Virus record (IMG/VR): IMGVR_UViG_2778261393_000007
Location: 1 to 13,076 of that record
Length of the DNA stretch: 13,076 nucleotides
Source: a virus
Taxonomy: Duplodnaviria > Heunggongvirae > Uroviricota > Caudoviricetes
Strand: one strand, 5' to 3'
How positions within the stretch are numbered: position 1 is the first letter of the stretch; each line of letters starts with the position of its first letter. Below are positions 5,872 through 13,076 of this stretch, piece by piece. The translations under genes and the position numbers were made by a program. The notes under the pieces are model-generated. The model worked only from the letters and a program-made list of their open reading frames with translations, did no database searches and was not told the origin of the DNA.

Positions 5872-7640
5872 TTTTCATGGATTTTTGGCACAGCGGGTAA
5901 CCATTCATTAGCACTGTCAGCCAGCTCCATGTTGTAGCGCATTCCGACATTGGTCTTTGCCTTCTTATACTCAGCCCCATATTCTTTCATCACTTTTGGG
6001 AAATCTTTGCCAAAATTAGTTAGATTTAATGGCTTATCGAAACCATAAGCATCCATATATGCAAGATATGCATGGTAAAGATAAATTCGAGGGGCTCTTG
6101 GATATATATTCAGGTTTCCCATGAACATTCCTACAGCTTCACCAAGTTCGACAATATGGTTACAAAAAGCATATAGCGGATCAGTATGGCGTTTTACTTC
6201 CATTGCTTCTTCACCATCACGTTGTTCGAGCAGTAATGTTCTTGCTTTTTCGGGATCTGAAAAATTTACCAACAGCCTACGGACTATTACCGGAATTTCC
6301 GCTGCAATTTTTTTGGGTAAACATGTGTCCTTGTTTTCTTCCGCTATCGGATTATTGAACTGAAAAATAACCCTACGGCGTGAAATACCTCCCGCTCTTT
6401 CTGTAAAAACCATCGGTTTATTATTTGTTATCAAAACAACTGAGCGTAAGACAGTGGTGTATCTTTTTTCATATTTCGGGTTAATTTGCAGAGGATCCCC
6501 ACCTGTTATAGCTTTAATACCATTACCTTCACCAAAATATTTAGGTTGGTCCGGTAAAATAATCAGACTTTTACCAACTAGTTGCTCACGTCCACCAGCA
6601 TCATCTAACGCTTTCATATCACTGCCTGCGGTGTTCTGCTCACCCGCCAACATTCTGGCAATTTGAGTAAACATACTTTTACCACTTCCACCTTCGCCAG
6701 TTGCTTCAATGAATAATTGCCAGTCGTAGCGATTAGCCAAAACCATAAACAGAGCAGCACATATCCGCTTCATCTTTGATGAATCGTATCCTGCTGCATG
6801 TGACAGCCAACGATGAAAATGGGGCGCATGGTCATGAATATTTTCACCAGGCGCAGGTGGCGTATAATAAATTCCATTATGCGAAGTGATCCAGTGCTCT
6901 GGTGAATGAGGTAAAAATCTACCACTTGTTATGTCATAAACTCCATTTTCAAAAGGTATTATGGTGTCACTCTGTTCTCTCATTACGGGTACAGATATTT
7001 TTAAAGCATCAACCGCATTACTAATTGCCCGCTTACTGAAATTTGTCTTGTTTTTTTCGTAAATTGATACCATTTTACGACTCAACTCCATATCAGATAT
7101 TTTTTCCCACACTCCAGAACAGTATGCATAAGCAAAATTGTTACCCGGGTGAACAGCTATTTCCTCAAAGCATTCAGCCAAAAGTGAAGCTCGCTCGTTA
7201 TCCGCCATTCTGGAAAGAGAGATTTTGTGTTTTTTCTCAGTCCTTCCTGACAGAATATCCCCGCGCTCTGCCTGTTCGCGGATCCGTTGCAGGTAATCGC
7301 GCCAGTTCTCCGGTTCCCGGTCGGTGATGCCTTTGTATAATTTCGCCTCCTGTACGCCAGCCAGCGCCAGTTTTTCAGCGATAGCATTGATCTGGATTGG
7401 TTCGATCTCCCCCGCGAGATAGACACGCGCAAAGCGGCGTTCATCGTCGACAATGCGGATATTCACCAGGTCTGCCAGTTGCTTTGGCCCCAGGTAAACA
7501 GGTGGTACGTTATCGCCGTGTTTTCGTCCTTCGCTTTCAATCCAGTGTTGAGCATGGGGGTAAGCGTCCGTCCCGGCAAAAATGATTACCTCGGTGAATT
7601 TATCCTTCGGCTGATATTTTAAATTCGGTGCGTTTTTCAC
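5868..7640 (-). CDS. phage/satellite primase-helicase (Toprim-like N-terminus + P-loop NTPase), P4 alpha-like
   Basis: 590-aa ORF. Walker A GEGGSGKS; N-terminal TEVIIFAGTDA ... IRIVDDE consistent with a Toprim acidic motif. GTG start at 7640 with GGAGG SD; GTGA overlap with upstream stop. Confidence 0.88.
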   Translation of the reverse strand: MKNAPNLKYQPKDKFTEVIIFAGTDAYPHAQHWIESEGRKHGDNVPPVYLGPKQLADLVNIRIVDDERRFARVYLAGEIEPIQINAIAEKLALAGVQEAKLYKGITDREPENWRDYLQRIREQAERGDILSGRTEKKHKISLSRMADNERASLLAECFEEIAVHPGNNFAYAYCSGVWEKISDMELSRKMVSIYEKNKTNFSKRAISNAVDALKISVPVMREQSDTIIPFENGVYDITSGRFLPHSPEHWITSHNGIYYTPPAPGENIHDHAPHFHRWLSHAAGYDSSKMKRICAALFMVLANRYDWQLFIEATGEGGSGKSMFTQIARMLAGEQNTAGSDMKALDDAGGREQLVGKSLIILPDQPKYFGEGNGIKAITGGDPLQINPKYEKRYTTVLRSVVLITNNKPMVFTERAGGISRRRVIFQFNNPIAEENKDTCLPKKIAAEIPVIVRRLLVNFSDPEKARTLLLEQRDGEEAMEVKRHTDPLYAFCNHIVELGEAVGMFMGNLNIYPRAPRIYLYHAYLAYMDAYGFDKPLNLTNFGKDFPKVMKEYGAEYKKAKTNVGMRYNMELADSANEWLPAVPKIHEK

Positions 7641-7927
7641 TTCTTACCTCCCGCAACCAACATTGCCCGGATTTTTTTAATATTCGTGGCTGCACGTCTC
7701 GCCACCGCCTGTTGTTTGTTTTCAACCAGAATAAAATCACGCTCAAACTGACGGCGCGGCATTACGCAGTCATATTCGTAAGCCTCACGGCGGTAGGTGA
7801 TATTGCCTGGCGTAACGTGACGAATAACCACCCGTCCCCCGCGTCTGGTGTCCCGGAAAATATCACCGGGGCGGATTTCAGGCCGAGAGAGGCCGCTGGC
7901 AGTAAAGCCAGAATTTTTCTTTTTCAT
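7637..7927 (-). CDS. hypothetical small protein (96 aa)
   Basis: ORF ending in GTGA overlap with the primase start; 4-nt gap after the upstream gene. Confidence 0.6.
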   Translation of the reverse strand: MKKKNSGFTASGLSRPEIRPGDIFRDTRRGGRVVIRHVTPGNITYRREAYEYDCVMPRRQFERDFILVENKQQAVARRAATNIKKIRAMLVAGGKK

Positions 7928-7931
7928 GGTT

Positions 7932-8132
7932 TTATTTTCCTGTCAGCAGTTCCGGTTTTATTTCCGCACGAATACAAAGTTCAGAAAAAAATTCAGGAGA
8001 ACCAACAATCTCATTACTTTTCAGTCGGCATTGTGATTTCACTTTCCCTTTATCCAGGTAAACCAGTACGCGTCCGGTGAAATCATCTGGCACATTAAGC
8101 ACTACGGGTACATGCGCTTCATGATTATGCAT
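7932..8132 (-). CDS. hypothetical small protein (66 aa)
   Basis: ATG 8132 with GGAGG SD; ATGCATAA start/stop overlap with upstream gene. Confidence 0.55.
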   Translation of the reverse strand: MHNHEAHVPVVLNVPDDFTGRVLVYLDKGKVKSQCRLKSNEIVGSPEFFSELCIRAEIKPELLTGK

Positions 8133-8358
8133 GACTTACATCCTCCGTGAATTTTCTTCTGTAACGCGTCTCTGCCACATATTCCGCATAGTCCGACGCA
8201 ATACTAAGAATCATTTCACCCTCTGACTTGTAGCCATTGGTATTGATAAGAAAACATGCAGCTTTCATCATGTCAGCAACGCTCAACAATGCGCCCGATG
8301 TATCTTCCGGTGCGCCATCAAACTCCCGTTTCAGGGAATTAAAACGATCATCACGCAT
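8125..8358 (-). CDS. hypothetical small protein (77 aa)
   Basis: ATG 8358 preceded by GGGGGGGAA SD; ATGCGTGA overlap with upstream stop. Confidence 0.6.
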   Translation of the reverse strand: MRDDRFNSLKREFDGAPEDTSGALLSVADMMKAACFLINTNGYKSEGEMILSIASDYAEYVAETRYRRKFTEDVSHA

Positions 8359-8716
8359 GTTTCCCCCCCTGAATGACCTGATAACCGCAACTGGTCAGCA
8401 ATTCGATAAATTCCGGCAATGTGCCGAAACAGTAATCATCACGCAGACGTTCGCGGGATACTTCAACGCCGTTTTCGTAGTGACTCACCATACACCCGGT
8501 AAAATGCAGATCATCATCGTGATGGCTCGTTGACGGCTTAATCAGTCGCGCACGTTCCGCCAGTTCCAGCAATGCTTCAACGCTTCCGGCAATTGCACCA
8601 TCCGGCAGGTGGTAATTACGCACTATGCGCCCGTTCTCCACATTGACCAGCAACTGCCCGGTAAATTTCTCGTCAAACTGAATGCTGTTAAGGTCAGAAA
8701 TTGACAGGTTATGCAT
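8351..8716 (-). CDS. hypothetical protein (121 aa)
   Basis: ATG 8716 preceded by AGGAGG (6-nt spacing); ATGCATAA overlap with upstream stop. ORF-track start at 8734 lacks an SD. Confidence 0.6.
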   Translation of the reverse strand: MHNLSISDLNSIQFDEKFTGQLLVNVENGRIVRNYHLPDGAIAGSVEALLELAERARLIKPSTSHHDDDLHFTGCMVSHYENGVEVSRERLRDDYCFGTLPEFIELLTSCGYQVIQGGKHA

Positions 8717-8933
8717 GGTGCACCTCCTGCACATCAGCCATGATAATTTTTCCGGTCTTATCCAGTGCCTGATCGGCTTTTAGCTGCACAAATGCTAAAT
8801 AATGGGAGATGCATTCTGATTCTCTGGCTGCGTGTTTATGCGCCACACCAGCGATAGCAGAAATCTCAATAAGTGAATCCATCAGCGTTTTGATAGCGTC
8901 TACCGCTGCATCAGGCCATGTTGCATTACACAT
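8709..8933 (-). CDS. hypothetical small protein (74 aa)
   Basis: ATG 8933 preceded by AGGAGGTGG SD; ATGTGTAA overlap with upstream stop. Confidence 0.6.
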   Translation of the reverse strand: MCNATWPDAAVDAIKTLMDSLIEISAIAGVAHKHAARESECISHYLAFVQLKADQALDKTGKIIMADVQEVHHA

Positions 8934-9129
8934 GCTCCACCTCCTGGCGAATACGGGCAGCGAATACCATCACGCAGCCATCAGGAGATTGCTGGCGTGC
9001 TTCCTGTTCGCTGGTGACCTCGATGTGAATTACGCGCGGTTGTGCCGTGCTCAGGGCGATAAAACGCCAGATGTATTTATTCAGGTTGTGCGAGTCCCGC
9101 CCTTGCGGGTGTGTGGTATGATTTCTCAT
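8926..9129 (-). CDS. hypothetical small protein (67 aa), first gene of the leftward replication operon
   Basis: ATG 9129 preceded by GAGGTAGCT SD. Lies immediately left of the AT-rich divergent regulatory region. The ORF track merges it into a 284-aa ORF, which I reject as a single gene. Confidence 0.5.
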   Translation of the reverse strand: MRNHTTHPQGRDSHNLNKYIWRFIALSTAQPRVIHIEVTSEQEARQQSPDGCVMVFAARIRQEVEHV

Positions 9130-9208
9130 AGCTACCTCGATACTCTTGCTATCGTTGGTGGTTAGACGCCCTGCATGTGTTGCGAGCACTGCGGGGCGTT
9201 GCTCTTTC

Positions 9209-9322
9209 AGGTGTATTTCACCTTTGCTTTTTAATTTACTCACTGGTGAAATACACTTCAAGCCTTTTTTTATCATTTTTTTTGCGTATACTGACATACA
9301 CCAATTTTTAGGAGATCCAGAA
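9209..9322. promoter_or_regulatory. divergent promoter/operator region with 12-bp perfect inverted repeat
   Basis: GTGTATTTCACC (9211-9222) and GGTGAAATACAC (9245-9256) separated by 22 bp. T-rich tract and TATACT (9287-9292) upstream of the plus-strand small gene; AGGAG SD at about 9311-9315. Confidence 0.5.
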
Positions 9323-9502
9323 ATGGCAACTGGTGCAAAGAACGCAAAATCACAAATGACAACTGTCAGAATCCCACATGAAGTAATGGATGATATTGAG
9401 CAACTTAAAGAACCTGGCGAAAGTACCGCTGGTTTTTTAGTTACTGCCGCAAAAGGCGAGATCAAACGCCGCCAGCGGCGCAAGGCCAAAGAACAGGAGT
9501 AG
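9323..9502 (+). CDS. small putative regulator (59 aa, RHH-like)
   Basis: ATG 9323 with AGGAG SD 7 nt upstream and a -10-like TATACT. TTVRIPHEVMDDIEQL...STAGFLVTAAKGEIKRR is compatible with a beta-strand plus two helices (RHH), by eye. Divergent from the leftward operon. Confidence 0.55.
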   Translation: MATGAKNAKSQMTTVRIPHEVMDDIEQLKEPGESTAGFLVTAAKGEIKRRQRRKAKEQE

Positions 9503-9772
9503 TTGATCAGCACCTGGCAACCTGACAAAATCGCATCAGTCACGCCACCAGCAAAATTTTTTGCTTTCCGGACAGCGTGGCCAACGGCATTTTGCAGCGA
9601 AATATTCTGCATTTCTGGCGTGCTGTAGTAACGGTGATCAGTGCCTTCACTCTGTGCGACCACAACGCTATAATCTGCCTCGTAGACAGTAAGCAATATG
9701 GCGCAGTAGGCTATTCGTTCACAAAGGCGCTCCGGCAACGGGGCGCTTTCTCTTTTTGTAACGGTCAGAGCG

Positions 9773-10573
9773 TTACACATGGCTGTTTTCCTCCATGCGA
9801 CGGGCTAACCAACGCTGCGAAAGACGAATTAATTCAGCTTTCCGCTGGTGGTAGCCCTGGCCTAACTCAATCAGCGTGATATTGCTCTGCTCAAGGTAAG
9901 AAAGGTGCTCAAGCTGCAACGTGCTCATGTGGTCGCGTGGTTCGCCTGTGATGCCGTTCGCCTGCGCCCACTGTTTTGCAGTCATGCCACCCAGCACGAT
10001 ACGCGCCAGCATATTGGCTTCCGTGGTGTAGTGGTGCTGGAACGTGTTTTTACCCAGTTCAGCCCGGTACGCCTCCAGCGCGGCACACATTGGCTTAAAG
10101 TAGCTGGCAACGGTGATACGGGCTTTCAGTTCCCGGCGTAATGCTGCGGAACGCACTGGCGCTACCTTGTGTAGCTCCTCCTCGCATTTGATAAAGTACT
10201 GGCGAACGGCGCGGCCCTGTTCGGTACGTTCGACCATCGCCAGTTCTTTCGCCATGTTCACTGTGATGATGTACTCAAGAGCGGTTTGCTGGCGAGATTT
10301 TGCGCTCACCGGATCGGGTCGGCTCAAATATTCAACAACCTCATAATCCACGCCTTCCGTGAACCCGTATTCTTCAATGCGCCCCTTGATCCACGAACGG
10401 AAAACGCGCCCTACACCTAACGCCTTATGTAACGCTCTGGCGCTAACAATAGTGGTTTCACGCCCACCAATAACGCCGGAAATAACCGGGATAATTTCAC
10501 CAAAATTTTGCAGATTCTGGTTTTCAGGCCGAACGAAGCCCTGCCCCTGTACGGGCGTTTTTGGAAATTTCAT
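9773..10573 (-). CDS. AntA-like phage antirepressor family protein
   Basis: 266-aa ORF. ATG 10573 with AGGAG SD (8-nt spacing). SARALHKALGVGRVFRSWIKGRIEEYGFTEGVDYEV matches the AntA/AntB N-terminal domain pattern (by eye). Confidence 0.7.
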   Translation of the reverse strand: MKFPKTPVQGQGFVRPENQNLQNFGEIIPVISGVIGGRETTIVSARALHKALGVGRVFRSWIKGRIEEYGFTEGVDYEVVEYLSRPDPVSAKSRQQTALEYIITVNMAKELAMVERTEQGRAVRQYFIKCEEELHKVAPVRSAALRRELKARITVASYFKPMCAALEAYRAELGKNTFQHHYTTEANMLARIVLGGMTAKQWAQANGITGEPRDHMSTLQLEHLSYLEQSNITLIELGQGYHQRKAELIRLSQRWLARRMEENSHV

Positions 10574-10652
10574 AAAAAACTCCTGCTATCGAATCTGGTT
10601 AATTGCTGTTTGCTGGTGGATAGCTGGGGCGCCTGGTCCCGTAGCTGTTTTA

Positions 10653-10871
10653 TCAGGCTGATGTGTTTCGGCGTTCTTCCAGCCAGCGATTAATCTCTAC
10701 CGCATCGAATGCAGTGCTTTTCTCACCCAGTTTGATGGGCTTAGGCATCTTCCCGCTACGTACCCAACGATCGAGCGTTGATAAGCTGGTACCCAGCAAT
10801 TCAGCCAGGCGATAGCGGCGGATATAGCCAGTTGCAGGGATTGCGGTTTGAAGTATTGGTTGGTTTTTCAT
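10653..10871 (-). CDS. alpA: AlpA-family transcriptional regulator / excisionase-like protein
   Basis: YRLAELLGTSLSTLDRWVRSGKMPKPIKLGEKSTAFDAVEINRWLEER is the classic AlpA HTH signature. Start chosen at ATG 10871 (72 aa); alternatives ATG 10880 or ORF-track 10964. Confidence 0.85.
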   Translation of the reverse strand: MKNQPILQTAIPATGYIRRYRLAELLGTSLSTLDRWVRSGKMPKPIKLGEKSTAFDAVEINRWLEERRNTSA

Positions 10872-10983
10872 ATGCCCCATTACCTTTGTTGTTGGTTTGT
10901 GATTTGTAATAGGGGCATTAAATAACAAATGAAATGATGTGTGTGTGAGTTTTAGAAAAAACACTGTGACTTTTCTTATTTCA

Positions 10984-11766
10984 CTATCTAAAACGCTCTC
11001 GCCAGCTTTTCCAAGTGTTCTTATCTGGTTGTGGGATTACAATGCCTTTTTGAGCACCTATTTGTGCAATTTTTTTATTTAACTTGTTAGGCGGCAAAGA
11101 TATTATCTCATTGTCTGTTAACCCGGCAATTCTTAATAATCCATATATCATTTTAAATTGATGTATTGTTAATCTTGGTAACTTGTGATTTTCTTTTTTT
11201 ATAGTGTTGTTTATGGAGTAAATTGGAAATCCATTTGTTATTGATTTATAAAGGTTGTCAATGTGCTCTCTGGTTATTAATAATGAATCAGGTGTAATCT
11301 TAATGTTGCCGCTTGTTTTTGCATGGCATGAAAAAATAAATGTGGGATTCGCAGTGCGACGTGAAAGCGGTATGGATGTATTCATAGAGATAGTTTTGTT
11401 TCTTACTATAGTCTCTTGAATATCAAAAACTCCAGAAACCTTTGCCTCAAAAATAACACCATTTTCTTTTATTTCATCACTATATTCATGAATAATTATG
11501 CCAAGAGAGGAAATTTCTTTTTTGATGAGAAAAGAAATAAAATCAATATAGTCTTCATCCTTTGGCCATGTAAAATCACGATAACCAAAATACCCCTCAC
11601 AGTAAGCATTTTTTATTTTTGTGGCAAAATTAATTCTGTTAATATCCTGCCAATGCCATAAATCATCTATTTCACATTCTAAAATTTGAGCTGCTCTATC
11701 TAAAGAGCAGAATTCTAATGGAGGTAATTGTTTTTTTTGCCATATTGTTTCATTAATATTTGTCAT
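10984..11766 (-). CDS. hypothetical protein, AT-rich orphan cargo gene (260 aa)
   Basis: Uninterrupted 260-aa ORF between int and alpA in the same orientation. Strikingly AT-rich by eye (roughly 30% GC versus about 50% in flanking genes; not computed). N/K/I-rich; no family recognised; weak SD. Confidence 0.65.
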   Translation of the reverse strand: MTNINETIWQKKQLPPLEFCSLDRAAQILECEIDDLWHWQDINRINFATKIKNAYCEGYFGYRDFTWPKDEDYIDFISFLIKKEISSLGIIIHEYSDEIKENGVIFEAKVSGVFDIQETIVRNKTISMNTSIPLSRRTANPTFIFSCHAKTSGNIKITPDSLLITREHIDNLYKSITNGFPIYSINNTIKKENHKLPRLTIHQFKMIYGLLRIAGLTDNEIISLPPNKLNKKIAQIGAQKGIVIPQPDKNTWKSWRERFR

Positions 11767-11822
11767 GATTGCACTACCGTTATGAAAAAATATATTCGTT
11801 AATGAATTAGCCTTAATGTCTA

Positions 11823-13076
11823 TTATTTATTAGATTGCGTGATGTCAGAACATATCATGTTTTCTAAATTCACCAGCAAATCAGTCCACTGTGCCAGCGC
11901 CGCTTTGCGCTCATCAAAATATTGATGGCGGTTATAAATGCCCTCTACGCCTTTTATGCGGTGGTTAAGGCATCGTTCAGCAACGATCGGGTCAACTCCC
12001 AATGCTGCTAAATGTGTTCGTGCTGTTCGCCGGAAGTCGTGAATTGTAAAGTTGGGGACGTTCGGCATTTCTGCTCTGACTTTTGCCAATGCAACAGGAA
12101 GGGTGCTTTCCTGGATGTGAGGGATCATTCTGTGCTGCATTTTTCTGGCAGGTAATACCCATGCGCTATTGCATGAAAATGTGTGCAATTCTCGCAACCA
12201 TTCTATGGTCGCTGGTGGTAATGGTATGTCGATAGCATCGCCATTTTTAGTTCGTTGTTCTGGTAGATGCCAAATCGCGCCATCTAAGTCGAATTCATCC
12301 CACCTGGCGGCGCATAATTCCATTTTTCTGACACACAATGCTAAGAGCAACTTAAAGGTTAATTCGTTCTGGCGGCTGAATCCTTTGGCTTTACGCATGG
12401 CCTGAAAAAATTGGATTAATTCGTCACGGTTCAGCCAGCGATCACGAGATAATTCTTTCCCACCAGCATCTGATACTTCAAAAGCTGAGCAGGGGTTAAC
12501 CTCCAAAGCAAGGCGTTTAATACCGTAGTCAAATATTCGACGTGTCCACCGAAGAACGTCAGTAGCAATTGTTGGAGCGCCTCTATCAACAATGCTTTTA
12601 AGCATGGCATCAATATGGCGTGGTTTTACATCTTCAACCTTCATGTGGCCTATGGCAGGATTTATGTCTTTATCAATGCGCCTGCGGAGAATATCTGGGT
12701 GTTTCCATCGGGGAAGTATTTGCCGTGCAAAGTATTCGGCGGCAAGTTCAGAAACATGCAGCGCGTTTTTTTCAGCTTCTATTTTTGCCAGTGCTTCGGC
12801 TTTACGCTGCTGTTTTTCTGCGGCTACGTCATATCCCAAAGCAACTCGTGCGGAAAGTTCTTTTGCCAGTTCCCTGGCTTTTGATAACGATAATTCAGAA
12901 TATGAACCAATAAGCATGGCACGAGATTTTCCTGCCAGTTTATATCGAAACCGCCATGTCGGGGATCTATCCACCTCTCTATACCGGAGATATAGCCCAC
13001 CACCATCAGCACGACCTTCGAAATGTTCTCCGGCTTTTATCCATGCGCGGATCTGCATATCTGTGAGTTTTGGCAT
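11823..13076 (-). CDS. int: P4-type tyrosine integrase (DUF4102-like arm-binding N-terminus + catalytic domain)
   Basis: 417-aa ORF with ATG at 13074-13076. N-terminal GGGLYLRYREVDRSPTWRFRYKLAGKSR and C-terminal HDFRRTARTHLAALG...YNRHQYFDERK match P4/CP4-57-type integrases. Its RBS and the attachment site/tRNA lie beyond the window. Confidence 0.92.
   Translation of the reverse strand: MPKLTDMQIRAWIKAGEHFEGRADGGGLYLRYREVDRSPTWRFRYKLAGKSRAMLIGSYSELSLSKARELAKELSARVALGYDVAAEKQQRKAEALAKIEAEKNALHVSELAAEYFARQILPRWKHPDILRRRIDKDINPAIGHMKVEDVKPRHIDAMLKSIVDRGAPTIATDVLRWTRRIFDYGIKRLALEVNPCSAFEVSDAGGKELSRDRWLNRDELIQFFQAMRKAKGFSRQNELTFKLLLALCVRKMELCAARWDEFDLDGAIWHLPEQRTKNGDAIDIPLPPATIEWLRELHTFSCNSAWVLPARKMQHRMIPHIQESTLPVALAKVRAEMPNVPNFTIHDFRRTARTHLAALGVDPIVAERCLNHRIKGVEGIYNRHQYFDERKAALAQWTDLLVNLENMICSDITQSNK

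Larger units (their letters stand above)
1..13076. mobile_element. P4-like / PICI-like phage satellite (integrative element), interior portion; att sites and flanking tRNA not in window
   Basis: P4-type integrase starting at the right window edge, followed in the same orientation by alpA, AntA-like, Toprim/P-loop primase with TGTTCAC(C) iterons, and a Nu1-like HTH protein. No capsid/tail/lysis genes. Architecture matches satellite-type elements; boundaries cannot be set from this window. Confidence 0.7.

Noticed and set aside
5868-7640. Multiple 60-100-aa ORFs on the plus strand inside the primase gene (e.g. 6121-6363, 6454-6666, 7043-7327, 7397-7585)
   Set aside because: Antisense to a long, well-supported CDS, with no SD or promoter context. 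Typical shadow ORFs.
9146-9502. 118-aa upstream-extended version of the plus-strand small gene
   Set aside because: The extension begins at a non-ATG start and reads through the operator and promoter region. The internal ATG at 9323 has a canonical AGGAG SD at correct spacing.
8926-9780. 284-aa minus-strand ORF as a single protein-coding gene
   Set aside because: It spans an AT-rich divergent promoter region (low-complexity K-rich translation) and the antisense of a well-supported plus-strand gene. An internal ATG at 9129 with a good SD defines a short 67-aa gene consistent with the operon's coupling pattern. Kept as an anomaly in the findings.
11823-13076. Plus-strand ORFs within the integrase (12169-12405, 12615-12913) and a tRNA/att site at the right edge
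   Set aside because: Shadow ORFs antisense to int. No tRNA-like sequence lies within the window; the attachment site is expected beyond nt 13076 and cannot be assessed.
1-13076. Insertion sequence or transposon
   Set aside because: No transposase-like ORF or terminal inverted repeats recognised. Mobility is explained by the tyrosine integrase and satellite architecture.

Overview
The window reads as the interior of a P4-like / PICI-like phage-satellite integrative element of enterobacterial type. Both window edges coincide with gene starts (ATG at nt 1 on +; integrase ATG at 13074-13076 on -). From 13076 down to about 1550 almost everything is one leftward (minus-strand) programme: P4-type tyrosine integrase, an AT-rich orphan gene, alpA, an AntA-like antirepressor, a divergent switch region with a small plus-strand regulator, six tiny translationally coupled ORFs, a Toprim + P-loop primase/helicase followed by P4 type-I-like TGTTCAC(C) iterons, a ProQ/FinO-domain protein, a PerC-like regulator, tandem terminators, an RHH-like protein, two unknowns, and a Nu1/TerS-like HTH protein followed by a second, different iteron array (TTGACACTTTTTCGCG). 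I found no capsid, tail, lysis, rRNA, tRNA, transposase or CRISPR features. Convergent to this programme, at the left end (1-1244), sits an AT-rich, translationally coupled two-gene cassette (DUF3800-like protein + 161-aa partner). I regard it as the best candidate for an uncharacterised accessory, possibly anti-phage, system. The AT-rich 260-aa gene between int and alpA is a second cargo candidate. All family assignments are motif recognition by eye; no searches were run, GC values are visual estimates, and att sites lie outside the window.
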